A stretch of DNA of 64,000 bases from Hyphomicrobiales bacterium (GCA_004144595.1 SEEM01000012.1:14680-78679); one strand, 5' to 3'. Positions 30,079-40,150 are shown, counted from the first letter of the stretch. Translations and numbers: made by a program. The notes: generated by a model not told the origin, from the sequence alone.

Positions 30079-30351
30079 TTACGCCACCGCGTCGGCAAGG
30101 TCCTTGGTGACCTTGAACTTCACGACAGTCTTGGCGGGAACCTTGATGGTCGCGCCGGTCGAGGGGTTGCGGGCCTCGCGGGCCTCCCGCTTGGCGGCGG
30201 AGAGCTTGCCGATGCCGCCGAGCGTGACGTCGTCGCCGCTCTTGAGGGTCTTGGCGACGGTCGTGCCGAGAGAGGCGAGGATAGCGGAGACATCCGCCTT
30301 GGTCTTGCCGGTCTCGTCGGCGATGGCGGCGATCAGTTCGTTCTTGGTCAT
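30079..30351 (-). CDS. HU family DNA-binding protein
   Basis: MTKNELIAAIA and RNPSTG motifs; strong AGGAGG RBS. Confidence 0.93.
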   Translation of the reverse strand: MTKNELIAAIADETGKTKADVSAILASLGTTVAKTLKSGDDVTLGGIGKLSAAKREAREARNPSTGATIKVPAKTVVKFKVTKDLADAVA

Positions 30352-30625
30352 GAATTCCTCCTAGAAGGTGGTTCAGGCGTCGCGTGCAGGATGACGGCCG
30401 TTCATGCCCGTTTCCGACACGAGCGACCGCGACACATGGATGCCATTCGCGGCGCGCAACTCACGCAGTTGCCACGGTTATCGCCGAAAGACGATGCCTG
30501 TGGCGAAAGATACGCACAGGAAACGGCTTCGTTCCGTTGGTTTCGGGTCTGAAGCGAGTGCCGTCGATATCCCCAACGCGTTTTCGACCCCGATTGACCT
30601 TTGGTTAGCTGCTAAGCCCAGCGAA

Positions 30626-30662
30626 TCGCCGTGGCGGCGGGGCATGCCCGCGGCCACGGCGA
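30626..30662 (-). terminator. GC-rich hairpin just after the purine ABC operon
   Basis: TCGCCGTGGC/GCCACGGCGA inverted repeat 10 bp after the stop; weak U-tract. Confidence 0.45.
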
Positions 30663-30672
30663 GAGACCGTCC

Positions 30673-31752
30673 TCAGGCCTGAATGCCGTCGACATACCAG
30701 TCCATCTTCGAAAGCAGTTCGTCGCTGGCTTTCTCGCCGGCCTTCAGGCGCACTTCGCCCTTCTGGTCCTTGAGCTCCCCGGTGAAGGGGTGGAGCGTGC
30801 CGGCGATGATCGCCTTGGTGACCTCGTCGGCGGCCGCGCGGGCCGCCGGGGTGACGGCGTCGTTATAGGGCGCGATCTTGACCATGCCGTCCTTGAGCCC
30901 GTGCCAGATGGCGCCGCTCTTCCAATTGCCGTCCATGACGTCTTTGACGCGCTTGATGTAATAGCCGGACCAGTCGTCCACGATGGCCGAGAGATGGGCC
31001 TTGGGCGCGAAGGACTTCATGTCGGAGGCCTGGCCGAAGGCGAAGACGCCGCGCTGCTCGGCCGCCTGGAGGGGGGCGGCGGAGTCGGTGTGCTGGGTGA
31101 TCATGTCGGCGCCCTGGTCGATCAGCGCCTTGGCGGCGTCGGCCTCCTTGGCGGGATCGTACCAGGTCGAGCACCAGACGACCTTGGTCTTGAAGTTCGG
31201 GTTCACCTTGCGGGCGGCGAGGTGGAAGGCGTTGATGCCCATCACGACCTCAGGGATCGGGAAGGAGGCGACATAGCCCGCCTGTCCGGTCTTCGACATG
31301 TGGCCGGCGATGGTGCCGATCACGGCGCGGCCCTCATAGAAGCGCGCATCGTAGGTCGCGACGTTCTCGGCGCGCATATAGCCGGTGGCGTGCTCGAAAT
31401 GGATCTTCGGGAACTGCTTGGCGACCTGGATCGTCGGGTTCATGAAGCCGAAGGAGGTTGTGAAGATCAGCTGGTTGCCGGCCTGAGCGAGCTGGCGGAT
31501 GGCGCGCGCGGCGTCCGGCCCCTCGGCGACGTTCTCGATGAAGCTGGTCTTGATCTTGGCGCCGTATTCCTTCTCCAGCGCAAGCCGGCCCTGGTTATGC
31601 GTCCAGGTGTATCCGTGGTCGCCGATCGGGCCGACATAGACAAAGCCGACGCCGAGCGGCGCCTGCGCCGAGGCGCCGCGGCCGAGGATCGGCAGGGTGG
31701 AGGCGGCGGCTGCCCCGAAGGTCAGCTTGCGGCGGGTGATGATGCTGGTCAT
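30673..31752 (-). CDS. BMP-family (purine/nucleoside) ABC substrate-binding protein
   Basis: Tat-like TRRKL; GFVYVGPIGDHGYT, FTTSFGF and QHTDS motifs. Confidence 0.92.
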   Translation of the reverse strand: MTSIITRRKLTFGAAAASTLPILGRGASAQAPLGVGFVYVGPIGDHGYTWTHNQGRLALEKEYGAKIKTSFIENVAEGPDAARAIRQLAQAGNQLIFTTSFGFMNPTIQVAKQFPKIHFEHATGYMRAENVATYDARFYEGRAVIGTIAGHMSKTGQAGYVASFPIPEVVMGINAFHLAARKVNPNFKTKVVWCSTWYDPAKEADAAKALIDQGADMITQHTDSAAPLQAAEQRGVFAFGQASDMKSFAPKAHLSAIVDDWSGYYIKRVKDVMDGNWKSGAIWHGLKDGMVKIAPYNDAVTPAARAAADEVTKAIIAGTLHPFTGELKDQKGEVRLKAGEKASDELLSKMDWYVDGIQA

Positions 31753-31782
31753 GTCCTGGGGTTCCCGTTGGCGGTTGCGGCG

Positions 31783-32706
31783 TCAGGACGCCGAGAAAGG
31801 TTTGCCGAGGCAGGCGGGCGCGTCGAGCCTGCCGGTCGTTCGTCCTAGCGACATCATGGTCAGAACCGCAATCGTCGCAAGGTAGGGGGCCATGGCCAGA
31901 ACCTCCGGCGCGAGCCAGGTGACACCGGCAGCCTTCAACTGCAGTTCGAGCGTCATGACCGCGCCGAAGAGATAGGCGCCGAGCAGGAGGCGCCCCGGCT
32001 TCCAGGCCGAGAAGACCACGAGTGCAAGCGCGATCCAGCCACGCCCCGCGGTCAGGCGGTCCGCCCACATCGGCGTCAGGGCCAGGGAGAAATAGGCGCC
32101 GCCGAGGCCGGCGAGCGCGCCGCCAAATGCAATCGCACCGTAGCGGATGGCAAGGACTGGGTAGCCGATCGCATGCGCCGAGGCGTCGTTCTCGCCGACC
32201 GCGCGCAGGATCAGCCCAGCCCGCGTCCGGCGCAGGAACCAGCTGACGCCTGCGACGAGCGCGAGCGAGAGATAGACGAGGATATCGTGGCCGAAGACCA
32301 CCCGCAGCAGCGGGTGCTCTGAAAGCGCGGCCGGGAAAACCGGCTGGAGCCGCGCGATGGTGCGCCCGACGAAGCCCGCGCCGATCAACGAGGAGGCGCC
32401 GATGCCGAAGATCGTCAGTGCGAGCCCGGTCGCGACCTGATTGGCCATCAGCGACAACGCAAGCACGGCGAAGACCATCGACGCCGCGACACCGGCAAAC
32501 GCCGCGGCGACGAGGCCGATACCGGTGCTACCGGTCGAGAAGGCGACGGCGAAGCCCGCGACCGCGCCGCATAGCATCATGCCCTCGACGCCGAGATTGA
32601 GCACGCCCGCCTTCTCGGCGACAAGCTCGCCCAGCGAGGCCAGCAGCAGCGGCGTCGAAGCCGCGATCAGCGTCATCAGGATGGAGGCGATCATGGCGGA
32701 CGTCAT
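31783..32706 (-). CDS. Nucleoside/purine ABC permease
   Basis: EKAGVLNLGVEGMM and AGRGWIALALV motifs. Confidence 0.92.
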   Translation of the reverse strand: MTSAMIASILMTLIAASTPLLLASLGELVAEKAGVLNLGVEGMMLCGAVAGFAVAFSTGSTGIGLVAAAFAGVAASMVFAVLALSLMANQVATGLALTIFGIGASSLIGAGFVGRTIARLQPVFPAALSEHPLLRVVFGHDILVYLSLALVAGVSWFLRRTRAGLILRAVGENDASAHAIGYPVLAIRYGAIAFGGALAGLGGAYFSLALTPMWADRLTAGRGWIALALVVFSAWKPGRLLLGAYLFGAVMTLELQLKAAGVTWLAPEVLAMAPYLATIAVLTMMSLGRTTGRLDAPACLGKPFSAS

Positions 32707-33767
32707 ACCGCCCTCCGCTTCCAGACGATCCGCCACCGCACCAGCACGTCGGTGGCGAGCAGCATGAACAAGAGCATTGCCTGGAACAGCCCGGTCGCGG
32801 CCTGCGGCAGCCGGACCGTCGATTGCGCGATCTCGCCGCCGACATAGGTCCCCGCCAGCACGATGCCGCCGAAGACGATGCCGAGAGGATTGAGCCGGCC
32901 GAGGAAGGCGACGATGATCGCCGTGAAGCCGTAACCGACCGGGAATTGCGGCGTGAGCTGCCCGAACGGGCCGGTGGCCTCGAACAGCCCCGCAAGCCCG
33001 GCGAGCGCACCGCTGATCATGAGCGTCGCCCAGGTCGTGCGCGCGGCGCTGAAGCCGCCATGGCGGGCGGCAGCCGGCGCGAGGCCGACGACCTTGATGG
33101 CGTAGCCGGCAGTGGTCTTTTCCATCAGCAGCCAGGCGATGACAGCCAGAACGAGCGCGGCGGGAATGCCGAGATGGACCAGCGTCCCTTCAAGAACGGT
33201 CGGCAGGGTCTGGTCGGCGGTGAACATCCGCGTCTGCGGGAAATTGAAGCCGCCGGGGTCCTTCCAGGGGCCGCGCACCAGGAAATACAGGAACTGCACG
33301 GCGACATAGGTCAGCATCAGGCTGGTCAGGATTTCACTGACCTGAAGCCTGACGCGCAGGAAGGCGGGGATCGCGGCCCAGGCCATGCCGCCGAGTATAC
33401 CGGCCAGCATCATCGCGGGCAGGATCCACCACCCCGTCATGTCATAGGTCAGCAGGGCGACGCCGGTGCCGGCGATGGCGCCCATGACGTACTGCCCTTC
33501 TGCGCCGATATTCCAGACATTGGCGCGGAAACCGATCGCGAGGCCGAGTGCGATCATGACGAGCGGCGCGCCCTTGACCCCGATGTCGCCCCAGCGCTGC
33601 GGTTCCAGGAACGGCGTCAGGAAGATGCTCTCGACCCCATGGAAGCCGTCATAGCCCATGGCCGTGAAGACGATCATGCCGATGAGCATGGTGAGCCCGA
33701 TCGCGATCAGCGGGCTTGCGAGCAGCATCGGCAGGCTCGGCTCTCGGCGGCGGCGCCATTCAAGCAT
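32703..33767 (-). CDS. Nucleoside/purine ABC permease
   Basis: WNIGAEGQ, EILTSLML and GYGFTAIIVAFLGRL motifs. Confidence 0.92.
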   Translation of the reverse strand: MLEWRRRREPSLPMLLASPLIAIGLTMLIGMIVFTAMGYDGFHGVESIFLTPFLEPQRWGDIGVKGAPLVMIALGLAIGFRANVWNIGAEGQYVMGAIAGTGVALLTYDMTGWWILPAMMLAGILGGMAWAAIPAFLRVRLQVSEILTSLMLTYVAVQFLYFLVRGPWKDPGGFNFPQTRMFTADQTLPTVLEGTLVHLGIPAALVLAVIAWLLMEKTTAGYAIKVVGLAPAAARHGGFSAARTTWATLMISGALAGLAGLFEATGPFGQLTPQFPVGYGFTAIIVAFLGRLNPLGIVFGGIVLAGTYVGGEIAQSTVRLPQAATGLFQAMLLFMLLATDVLVRWRIVWKRRAV

Positions 33768-35304
33768 GGGCCGCCTCCGCGCCATGGATGCCGCCCATCA
33801 TCAGGCCGATCTCATCGATGCCGAGGCTGGCGACGGGGCGCGGCGTCGAAAGCCGCCCCTCGTTGATCACGCAAAGCCGGTCGGCAAGCTCCAGCAATTC
33901 GTCGAGATCCTGCGAGATCACCACCACGGCCGAGCCCTTCGCGGCGAGGTCGACCAGTTCCTGCCGGATCGCGGCAGCGGCACCCGCGTCGACGCCCCAG
34001 GTCGGCTGGGAGACGACGAGCACGGCCGGCTGCTGGCCGATCTCGCGGCCCATGATGAATTTCTGCAGGTTGCCGCCAGAAAGCGAGCGGGCGAGCGCGG
34101 CATTGCCGGTAGTCCGGACGTCGAAGAGCTTGATCACGCCATCGGCGAAGCGCTTCACGCTGCCACGGTTGATGAAGCCGTGCGGCGCCAGCGGCAGGCG
34201 ATGGCGCGCGGTCAGGACGCCGTTATCGGCGAGCGAGAAATCCGGCACGGCGGCATGGCCGTTGCGCTCCTCGGGTACGCAGGCGAGGCCGAGCGCCCGG
34301 CGGGCACCGGCGCCTTCCAAGCCGACAGCTTTTCCGTCGAGCTTGACCGCTTCGGCATGTGCGGCGAGCTGTTCGCCGGAGAGCGCGGTCAAAAGCTCCG
34401 CCTGTCCGTTGCCGGCCACACCGGCGATGCCGAGGATTTCGCCGGCGCGAGCTTCGAACGAAACGCTCTCCAGATCGGTACCGAAAGGCGGCTCCCCCGG
34501 CAGCGAGAGGTCTTTGACCTCCAGCCGGACGGCTCCGCCGCCGGCCGTCTTGCCATGCTCGATCTTGCGCAGTTCCGCGCCGATCATCAGCTCGGCCATG
34601 CGCTTGATCGTCTCGACCTTGGGGTCGCAGGTCGCGACGACGCGCCCGCCGCGCAGGATTGTGGCGCTGTCGCAGAGCGCTTTGATCTCGTGCAGCTTGT
34701 GAGAGATGTAGAGGATCGAGCAGCCCTCTGCCGCGATCTGGCGCAGCGTCGCGAACAGGCGCTCGACCTCCTGCGGCGTCAGCACCGAGGTCGGCTCGTC
34801 CATGATCAGCAGCTTCGGCTTCTGCAGCAGGCAGCGCACGATCTCGATGCGCTGGCGCTCCCCGACCGAGAGCGTATGGACCTCGCGCTCGGGATCGAGC
34901 GGCAGCGAATAGGATTGCAGGATCCCGGCGACGCGGGCTTTCAGCTCCTCGCGGTCCACCGCCTCATCGAGCCCCAGCGCAATGTTTTCGATCACCGTCA
35001 TCGCATCGAACAGCGAAAAATGCTGGAAAACCATGCCGATGCCGAGCTTCCGCGCAGCCTTGGGCGAGGGGATCGAAACGGGCGCGCCGTTCCACGCGAT
35101 GGTGCCTTCGTCGGCCTGCTGAACGCCGTAGATGATCTTGACCAGCGTCGATTTGCCGGCGCCGTTTTCGCCGAGAAGGGCGTGGATTTCGCCGGGCCTG
35201 ACGCTCAGGCTGATGTCTTCGTTGGCCTTGACGCCCGGAAAGCTCTTCGAGACATGGGCGAGAGCCAGCCGCGGCGGCACATCCTGCTCACGCGGCTGAT
35301 TCAT
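33760..35304 (-). CDS. Two-domain ABC ATP-binding protein (CUT2 type)
   Basis: GENGAGKST, LIMDEPT, LSGGNLQK and QPTWGVD motifs. Confidence 0.93.
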   Translation of the reverse strand: MNQPREQDVPPRLALAHVSKSFPGVKANEDISLSVRPGEIHALLGENGAGKSTLVKIIYGVQQADEGTIAWNGAPVSIPSPKAARKLGIGMVFQHFSLFDAMTVIENIALGLDEAVDREELKARVAGILQSYSLPLDPEREVHTLSVGERQRIEIVRCLLQKPKLLIMDEPTSVLTPQEVERLFATLRQIAAEGCSILYISHKLHEIKALCDSATILRGGRVVATCDPKVETIKRMAELMIGAELRKIEHGKTAGGGAVRLEVKDLSLPGEPPFGTDLESVSFEARAGEILGIAGVAGNGQAELLTALSGEQLAAHAEAVKLDGKAVGLEGAGARRALGLACVPEERNGHAAVPDFSLADNGVLTARHRLPLAPHGFINRGSVKRFADGVIKLFDVRTTGNAALARSLSGGNLQKFIMGREIGQQPAVLVVSQPTWGVDAGAAAAIRQELVDLAAKGSAVVVISQDLDELLELADRLCVINEGRLSTPRPVASLGIDEIGLMMGGIHGAEAAHA

Positions 35305-36130
35305 GTCGCGACCGTCTCCCTTTCGCCGGCTCCGGGCGGCCAAGCAAGCAACGCACCAGCTCGGCCGCCGTCAAGGCCGCGATCACCTCCGGGCGCTTGT
35401 CGTCCACATCCGAACCACCGATCGGGCAGGTCAGGCGCGCCAGTGCCTCGCGCCGGCCACCGGAACGCAGGAAGCTGGATTCAAAACGGGCGCGCTTGGT
35501 GGCCGAGCCGATCATGCCGATGTAAGCCGCATCGCCGCGCGACAGAGCCGCCTCCGCCAGCCGGTAGTCGAGCGCGTGGCTATGCGAGAGCACGACGAAA
35601 GCGGCATTCGCCGGCGCGCCCGCGATCGCATCGACGGGATCAGCCATGCGGATGCACGTGACGGCCGCCGGCAGCCCGCTCATGACGTCGTCGCGGTCGT
35701 CGATCAGTGAGACCGAGACGGGTAGGAGCGCCAGCGCCTCCGCAAGCGCCCGGCCGGTATGGCCCGCGCCGAAGATCAGCGCCGGCGGCCGTGCCGCGGT
35801 TTCAGCCTTCTCGCGCGCCACCATCAACGCTGCTTCGGAGGCAGAGCAGCGCTGGACCGAAACCCGCACCCGCCCGCCGCAGCACTGCCCCATCTGCGGG
35901 CCGAGCGGGATGTCGAGCAACTGGCCTTGGGCGCCTTCGCTCAGCATATGCCGGGCGATATCGATACAGTGGAATTCGAGCTGTCCGCCGCCGATGGTCC
36001 CCTCGATTGCCGTAGGGCTGACAGCCATGCAAGCGCCGGCCTCGCGCGGCGTCGAGCCTTCCGCTGTCTCGATCCTGACGAGGACGATGCCGTCGCGCTG
36101 ATGGGCGGAAAGGAAGGCGGCGAGGGTCAT
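35288..36130 (-). CDS. xdhC: Xanthine dehydrogenase accessory protein
   Basis: GSTPREAG, GTIGGGQLE, GQCCGG, FGAGH and GMIGSATK motifs. Confidence 0.93.
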   Translation of the reverse strand: MTLAAFLSAHQRDGIVLVRIETAEGSTPREAGACMAVSPTAIEGTIGGGQLEFHCIDIARHMLSEGAQGQLLDIPLGPQMGQCCGGRVRVSVQRCSASEAALMVAREKAETAARPPALIFGAGHTGRALAEALALLPVSVSLIDDRDDVMSGLPAAVTCIRMADPVDAIAGAPANAAFVVLSHSHALDYRLAEAALSRGDAAYIGMIGSATKRARFESSFLRSGGRREALARLTCPIGGSDVDDKRPEVIAALTAAELVRCLLGRPEPAKGRRSRHESAA

Positions 36131-38469
36131 TGCGCGGCATCCGCCCTGACGCGCTCGACCGCGTCCAGCACGCGCTCCGGCGTCGCGGGCGAATCCAGGC
36201 GCGGGCAAATGCGATGGTCGCCGACGCTGGCCACCGCATCCGACAGTGCGTGCAGCACCGAGATCGCCAGCATCAGGGGCGGCTCGCCGACCGCCTTCGA
36301 ACGATGGATCGTCGGCTCGCGGTTCGGCGCATTCTCCAGCAGATGCACGTTGAAGATGCGCGGCCGGTCGGAGGCGACGGGAATCTTATAGGTCGAGGGC
36401 GCATGGGTCCGGAGGCGACCCTTCCTGTCCCAGACCAGTTCCTCGGTCGTCAGCCAGCCCATGCCCTGCACGAAGCCGCCCTCGATCTGGCCCTTGTCGA
36501 TCGCCGGGTTCAGCGACTGCCCGCAATCATGCAGGATATCGACACGCTCGACCTTGTATTCCCCGGTCAGCGTATCGATCGCGACCTCGGCCGCTGCCGC
36601 GCCGTAGGCGAAATAATAGAACGGGTGGCCGCGCCCGGCCTTGCGATCCCAATGGATTTTCGGCGTCGCGTAGAAACCCGTCGCCGAGAGTTGCACGCGC
36701 GCCATATAGGCGGCCGCGACCAGCTCCTTGAAGGCGATCTCGCGGGAGCCGACCTTCACGCGCCCCGGCAGGAAGGCGATATCTTCGGGCCGTTCCTGCC
36801 AGTGCTTCGCAGCGAACTCCGTCAGTCGCTTCTTGATCGTCTCGCAGGCGTCGAGCGCCGCCATGCCATTGAGATCGGAGCCGGAGGAGGCGGCGGTGGC
36901 CGAGGTGTTGGGCACCTTATCGGTCGTCGTCGCGGTGATCTTGATCTGATCGAGCCCGATCCCGAACGCCTGCGCCACCACCTGGGCGACCTTGACGTAG
37001 AGCCCTTGCCCCATCTCGGTGCCGCCATGGTTCAGCGCGACCGTGCCGTCCGTGTAGACATGCACCAGCGCACCGGCCTGGTTGAACCAGGTCGCGGTGA
37101 AAGAGATGCCGAACTTCACCGGTGTCAGAGCGATGCCGCGCTTGATGATCGGGCTCGAAGCATTAGCCTCGCGGATCGCCGCCGTGCGGGCCTGGTAGTC
37201 GCAGCGCCGTTCCAGCTCGGCGATGACCTCGGCGGCGATATTGTCCTCGACCGTCTGGTGATAGGGCGTGACGTTGCGCCCGGCCGCGCCATAAAGATTG
37301 CGCTTGCGCACCTCCAGCGGATCGAGCCCGGTCGCGTAGGCGACCTCCTCGATGAAGCGCTCGGCACCTACCATCCCTTGCGGCCCGCCGAAGCCGCGAA
37401 AGGCGGTGTTCGAGCAGGTGTTGGTGAACAGCGGTTCGGAGCGGGCGCGCACCGCCGGGTAGAAATAGCAATTGTCCATGTGGAACAGGGCGCGGTCGGT
37501 CACCGGCCCCGACAGATCCGCATTCCAGCCGCAGCGCGCGGCATAAACCGCATCGACAGCGTGGATGCGGCCCTCGTCGTCGAAGCCGATCTCGTAGTCG
37601 CAGACGAAATCATGGCGCTTTCCGGTGATCGCCATGTCGTCGTCGCGGTCGGGCCGGAGCTTGATCGGCCGCTTCAACTTGCGCGCTGCGATCGCCGCGA
37701 CGCAGGCGAAGAGGTTCGCTTGCGTCTCCTTGCCGCCGAACCCGCCGCCCATGCGCCGGACCTCGACCGTCACCGCATGCGAGCCGACGCCGAGCACGGC
37801 GGCGACCATATGCTGGACCTCGCTCGGATGCTGGGTCGAGACCAGCACGGCCATGTCCTCGTCCTCGCCGGGGATGGCAAGCGCAATCTGGCTTTCGAGA
37901 TAGAAATGCTCCTGCCCGCCGATCGTCATCGTACCTTTCAGCCGGCGCGGGCTCGCGGCGAGTTCGGCAGCGACATCGCCGCGCTCCAGCTTGAGGGGCG
38001 CAGTGACCAGCTTGCCGCCGGCCGCGCGCGCGGAGGCGATATCGATCAGAGGCGCATCTTCGGCATACTCTGCCCTCGCGAGCGTCGCGGCATGACGCGC
38101 CTGCCCACGCGTTTCGGCGACAACCGCAAAGAGCGGCTGGCCGTGGAACAGGACGGAGCCGGTCGCGAAGACCGGCTCGTCATGCAGATGGGTCGAGGAG
38201 ATGTCGTTGACGCCCGGGACATCGGCCGCCGTCAGCACCGCGACGACGCCCGGTACCGCGCGAACAGCATCGAGATCGAGCGATGTCATCTGCCCGTGTG
38301 CGATCGTGCTCGTGCCGAGATAGGCGTGCAGCAGTCCCTCCGGGGCGGCGATATCGTCGATATAGAGCGCTTCGCCCGCGACATGCTTGGGCGCGGAATC
38401 GTGGATGCGTGAGTTGCCGATTGGCCCGCTCTCCAGTCCGATATCGAGTTTCCGGCGTGCGTCAGCCAT
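36127..38469 (-). CDS. xdhB: Xanthine dehydrogenase molybdopterin-binding subunit
   Basis: QEHFYLE, RMGGGFGGKE, AFRGFGGPQG and SKAVGEPP motifs. Confidence 0.96.
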   Translation of the reverse strand: MADARRKLDIGLESGPIGNSRIHDSAPKHVAGEALYIDDIAAPEGLLHAYLGTSTIAHGQMTSLDLDAVRAVPGVVAVLTAADVPGVNDISSTHLHDEPVFATGSVLFHGQPLFAVVAETRGQARHAATLARAEYAEDAPLIDIASARAAGGKLVTAPLKLERGDVAAELAASPRRLKGTMTIGGQEHFYLESQIALAIPGEDEDMAVLVSTQHPSEVQHMVAAVLGVGSHAVTVEVRRMGGGFGGKETQANLFACVAAIAARKLKRPIKLRPDRDDDMAITGKRHDFVCDYEIGFDDEGRIHAVDAVYAARCGWNADLSGPVTDRALFHMDNCYFYPAVRARSEPLFTNTCSNTAFRGFGGPQGMVGAERFIEEVAYATGLDPLEVRKRNLYGAAGRNVTPYHQTVEDNIAAEVIAELERRCDYQARTAAIREANASSPIIKRGIALTPVKFGISFTATWFNQAGALVHVYTDGTVALNHGGTEMGQGLYVKVAQVVAQAFGIGLDQIKITATTTDKVPNTSATAASSGSDLNGMAALDACETIKKRLTEFAAKHWQERPEDIAFLPGRVKVGSREIAFKELVAAAYMARVQLSATGFYATPKIHWDRKAGRGHPFYYFAYGAAAAEVAIDTLTGEYKVERVDILHDCGQSLNPAIDKGQIEGGFVQGMGWLTTEELVWDRKGRLRTHAPSTYKIPVASDRPRIFNVHLLENAPNREPTIHRSKAVGEPPLMLAISVLHALSDAVASVGDHRICPRLDSPATPERVLDAVERVRADAAQ

Positions 38470-40051
38470 GGGCGGCCCCCGCCAGCAGGCCGGCGACCCG
38501 CGTGTGCGTCTGCGCTTGCGTCGTCTCGATCAGGAAGCGCCGCAGCAGGTTGCCGGCGATCCTGAGCCGATATTGTGCCGAGGCGCGCATGTCGTCGAGC
38601 GGCGTGAAATCCTGTGGCAGTGCGGCGATGGCGGCTCCAACCGCAGCCTCGTTCCAGCGTTGACCGACAAGCGCAGCTTCCGCCGCCGCTGCCCGCTTCG
38701 GGATGCCGGCCATGCCGCCATAGGCGAGGCGGGCTTCGCTGATGCGGCCGTCGCTGCCGAGCATCAGCCGGAAGGCGCCGCAGACGGCGGAGATATCCTC
38801 GTCGAAGCGCTTCGAGACCTTCGAAGCATGGAACAGGACACCGTCTGTCAGCTTCGGCACCACAACGGCCTCGACGAACTCGCCGGGCCGCCGGTCCTGC
38901 TTGCGATAGTCCATGAAGAAGTCTTCCAAAGGGATGGAGCGGCGGATCAGCCCGTCCTCGGCCGTCATCGCGAGCGATGCGAAGCGACCCAGGGGGGCTG
39001 GGTCGAAGCGTTCAGTGTGGCCCCCCTGGATTGCCTCGTCGCTGCGCTCCTCGCAATGACGGATGGATGCCAGCACCAGCGTTGCGTCGAGTGCGATCAG
39101 GGCCGGCGGCAGGTCGCCGATCGGCGAGCCGTTGGCGATGTTGCCGCCGATCGTGCCGGCATTGCGCACCTGCTCGCCGCCGAAACGCCGCATCAATTCG
39201 TCGAGCTGCGGCGAGAGGGCGGCCAGCGCGGTGCGGACGTCGGCATGGCCAGCCATCGCGCCGAAGCGGAGATGATCGCCTTCGTCGGTGATCGCGCGTA
39301 GCGTCTCGATGCGGCCGAGATAGATCACGGGATCGAGCCGCTTCATCGCCTTGGTGACCCAGAGGCCGACATCCGTCGCGCCGGCGACCAGCGTCGCCTG
39401 AGGGTGCGCCGCGACAAGGTCCGCCAGGGTGGAGACCGTCGCAGGGGCATAGAAGCACCCGCCTTCGCCCCGCAGGGCCAGCGTCTCGGCATCGCTGAGG
39501 GTCGCAAGCCGCGCGGCGACACGCTCACGCTCCAGCAGAAAGCGATCCGTCTCGCGCGGCGCGATCTCGTCCATGCGCCGTCCGGCTGCGATGATCGGCT
39601 CGTAGCCGGTGCAGCGGCAGAGATTGCCGGCGAGCGCGTCCTCAATGCGGCCGATATCCGGTTCCGCCTCGTTGAGCCTCAGCGCCAGCAGTGACATCAC
39701 GAAACCCGGCGTGCAGAAGCCGCATTGCGAACCATGGCACTCGACCATCGCCTGCTGCACCGGATGCAAGGAGCCATCAGCGCCCTTCAGATGCTCGACA
39801 GTGAGGATCTGGCAGCCGTCCAGCGTCGGCAGGAAGCGGATGCAGGCATTGATCGCCTCGTAGCGCAGAAGCCCGTGATCGAGCCGACTGACGATGACGG
39901 TGCAGGCGCCGCAATCGCCCTCGGCGCAGCCTTCCTTGGTGCCGGTCATGCGCTGGTCGAGGCGTAGCCAGTCGAGCACGGTCAGCGTCGGATCGCAGCG
40001 CTCGATCTCGACCAGCCTATCGCCGAGCAGGAAGCGCAGCGTCTTACGCAT
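38462..40051 (-). CDS. xdhA: Xanthine dehydrogenase small (Fe-S/FAD) subunit, carrying a 33-aa in-frame insertion
   Basis: GTKEGCAEGDCGAC, SQCGFCTPG, GNLCRCTGY and KVSKRFDEDIS motifs. Confidence 0.95.
   Translation of the reverse strand: MRKTLRFLLGDRLVEIERCDPTLTVLDWLRLDQRMTGTKEGCAEGDCGACTVIVSRLDHGLLRYEAINACIRFLPTLDGCQILTVEHLKGADGSLHPVQQAMVECHGSQCGFCTPGFVMSLLALRLNEAEPDIGRIEDALAGNLCRCTGYEPIIAAGRRMDEIAPRETDRFLLERERVAARLATLSDAETLALRGEGGCFYAPATVSTLADLVAAHPQATLVAGATDVGLWVTKAMKRLDPVIYLGRIETLRAITDEGDHLRFGAMAGHADVRTALAALSPQLDELMRRFGGEQVRNAGTIGGNIANGSPIGDLPPALIALDATLVLASIRHCEERSDEAIQGGHTERFDPAPLGRFASLAMTAEDGLIRRSIPLEDFFMDYRKQDRRPGEFVEAVVVPKLTDGVLFHASKVSKRFDEDISAVCGAFRLMLGSDGRISEARLAYGGMAGIPKRAAAAEAALVGQRWNEAAVGAAIAALPQDFTPLDDMRASAQYRLRIAGNLLRRFLIETTQAQTHTRVAGLLAGAAHG
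38963..39061. repeat. Intragenic CGTC-type REP/palindromic element (99 bp) in xdhA
   Basis: Left arm CGTCATCGCGAG...ACCCAGGGGGG and right arm CCCCCCTGGATTG...CTCGCAATGACG form an imperfect inverted repeat; encodes RHCEERSDEAIQ...RFASLAMT. Confidence 0.9.
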
Positions 40052-40150
40052 CCCGTCCGCTCCGTTCGCAAAGCCAAATCATGCCCGCAGATTAGGCATG
40101 ATCCGCGCTTGGCCGGAAGCTTCGATTTGGTGCAGATGTGATGTGGACTT

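Noticed and set aside
30079-30351. Divergent HU (GIGKL instead of GFGTF) as a phage or plasmid marker
   Set aside because: The flanks are ordinary chromosomal genes with no mobility functions, and divergent HU paralogs are common
38963-39061. xdhA insertion as an intein, intron or pseudogenising lesion
   Set aside because: Too short, lacks intein/intron terminal motifs, keeps the reading frame, and matches REP architecture
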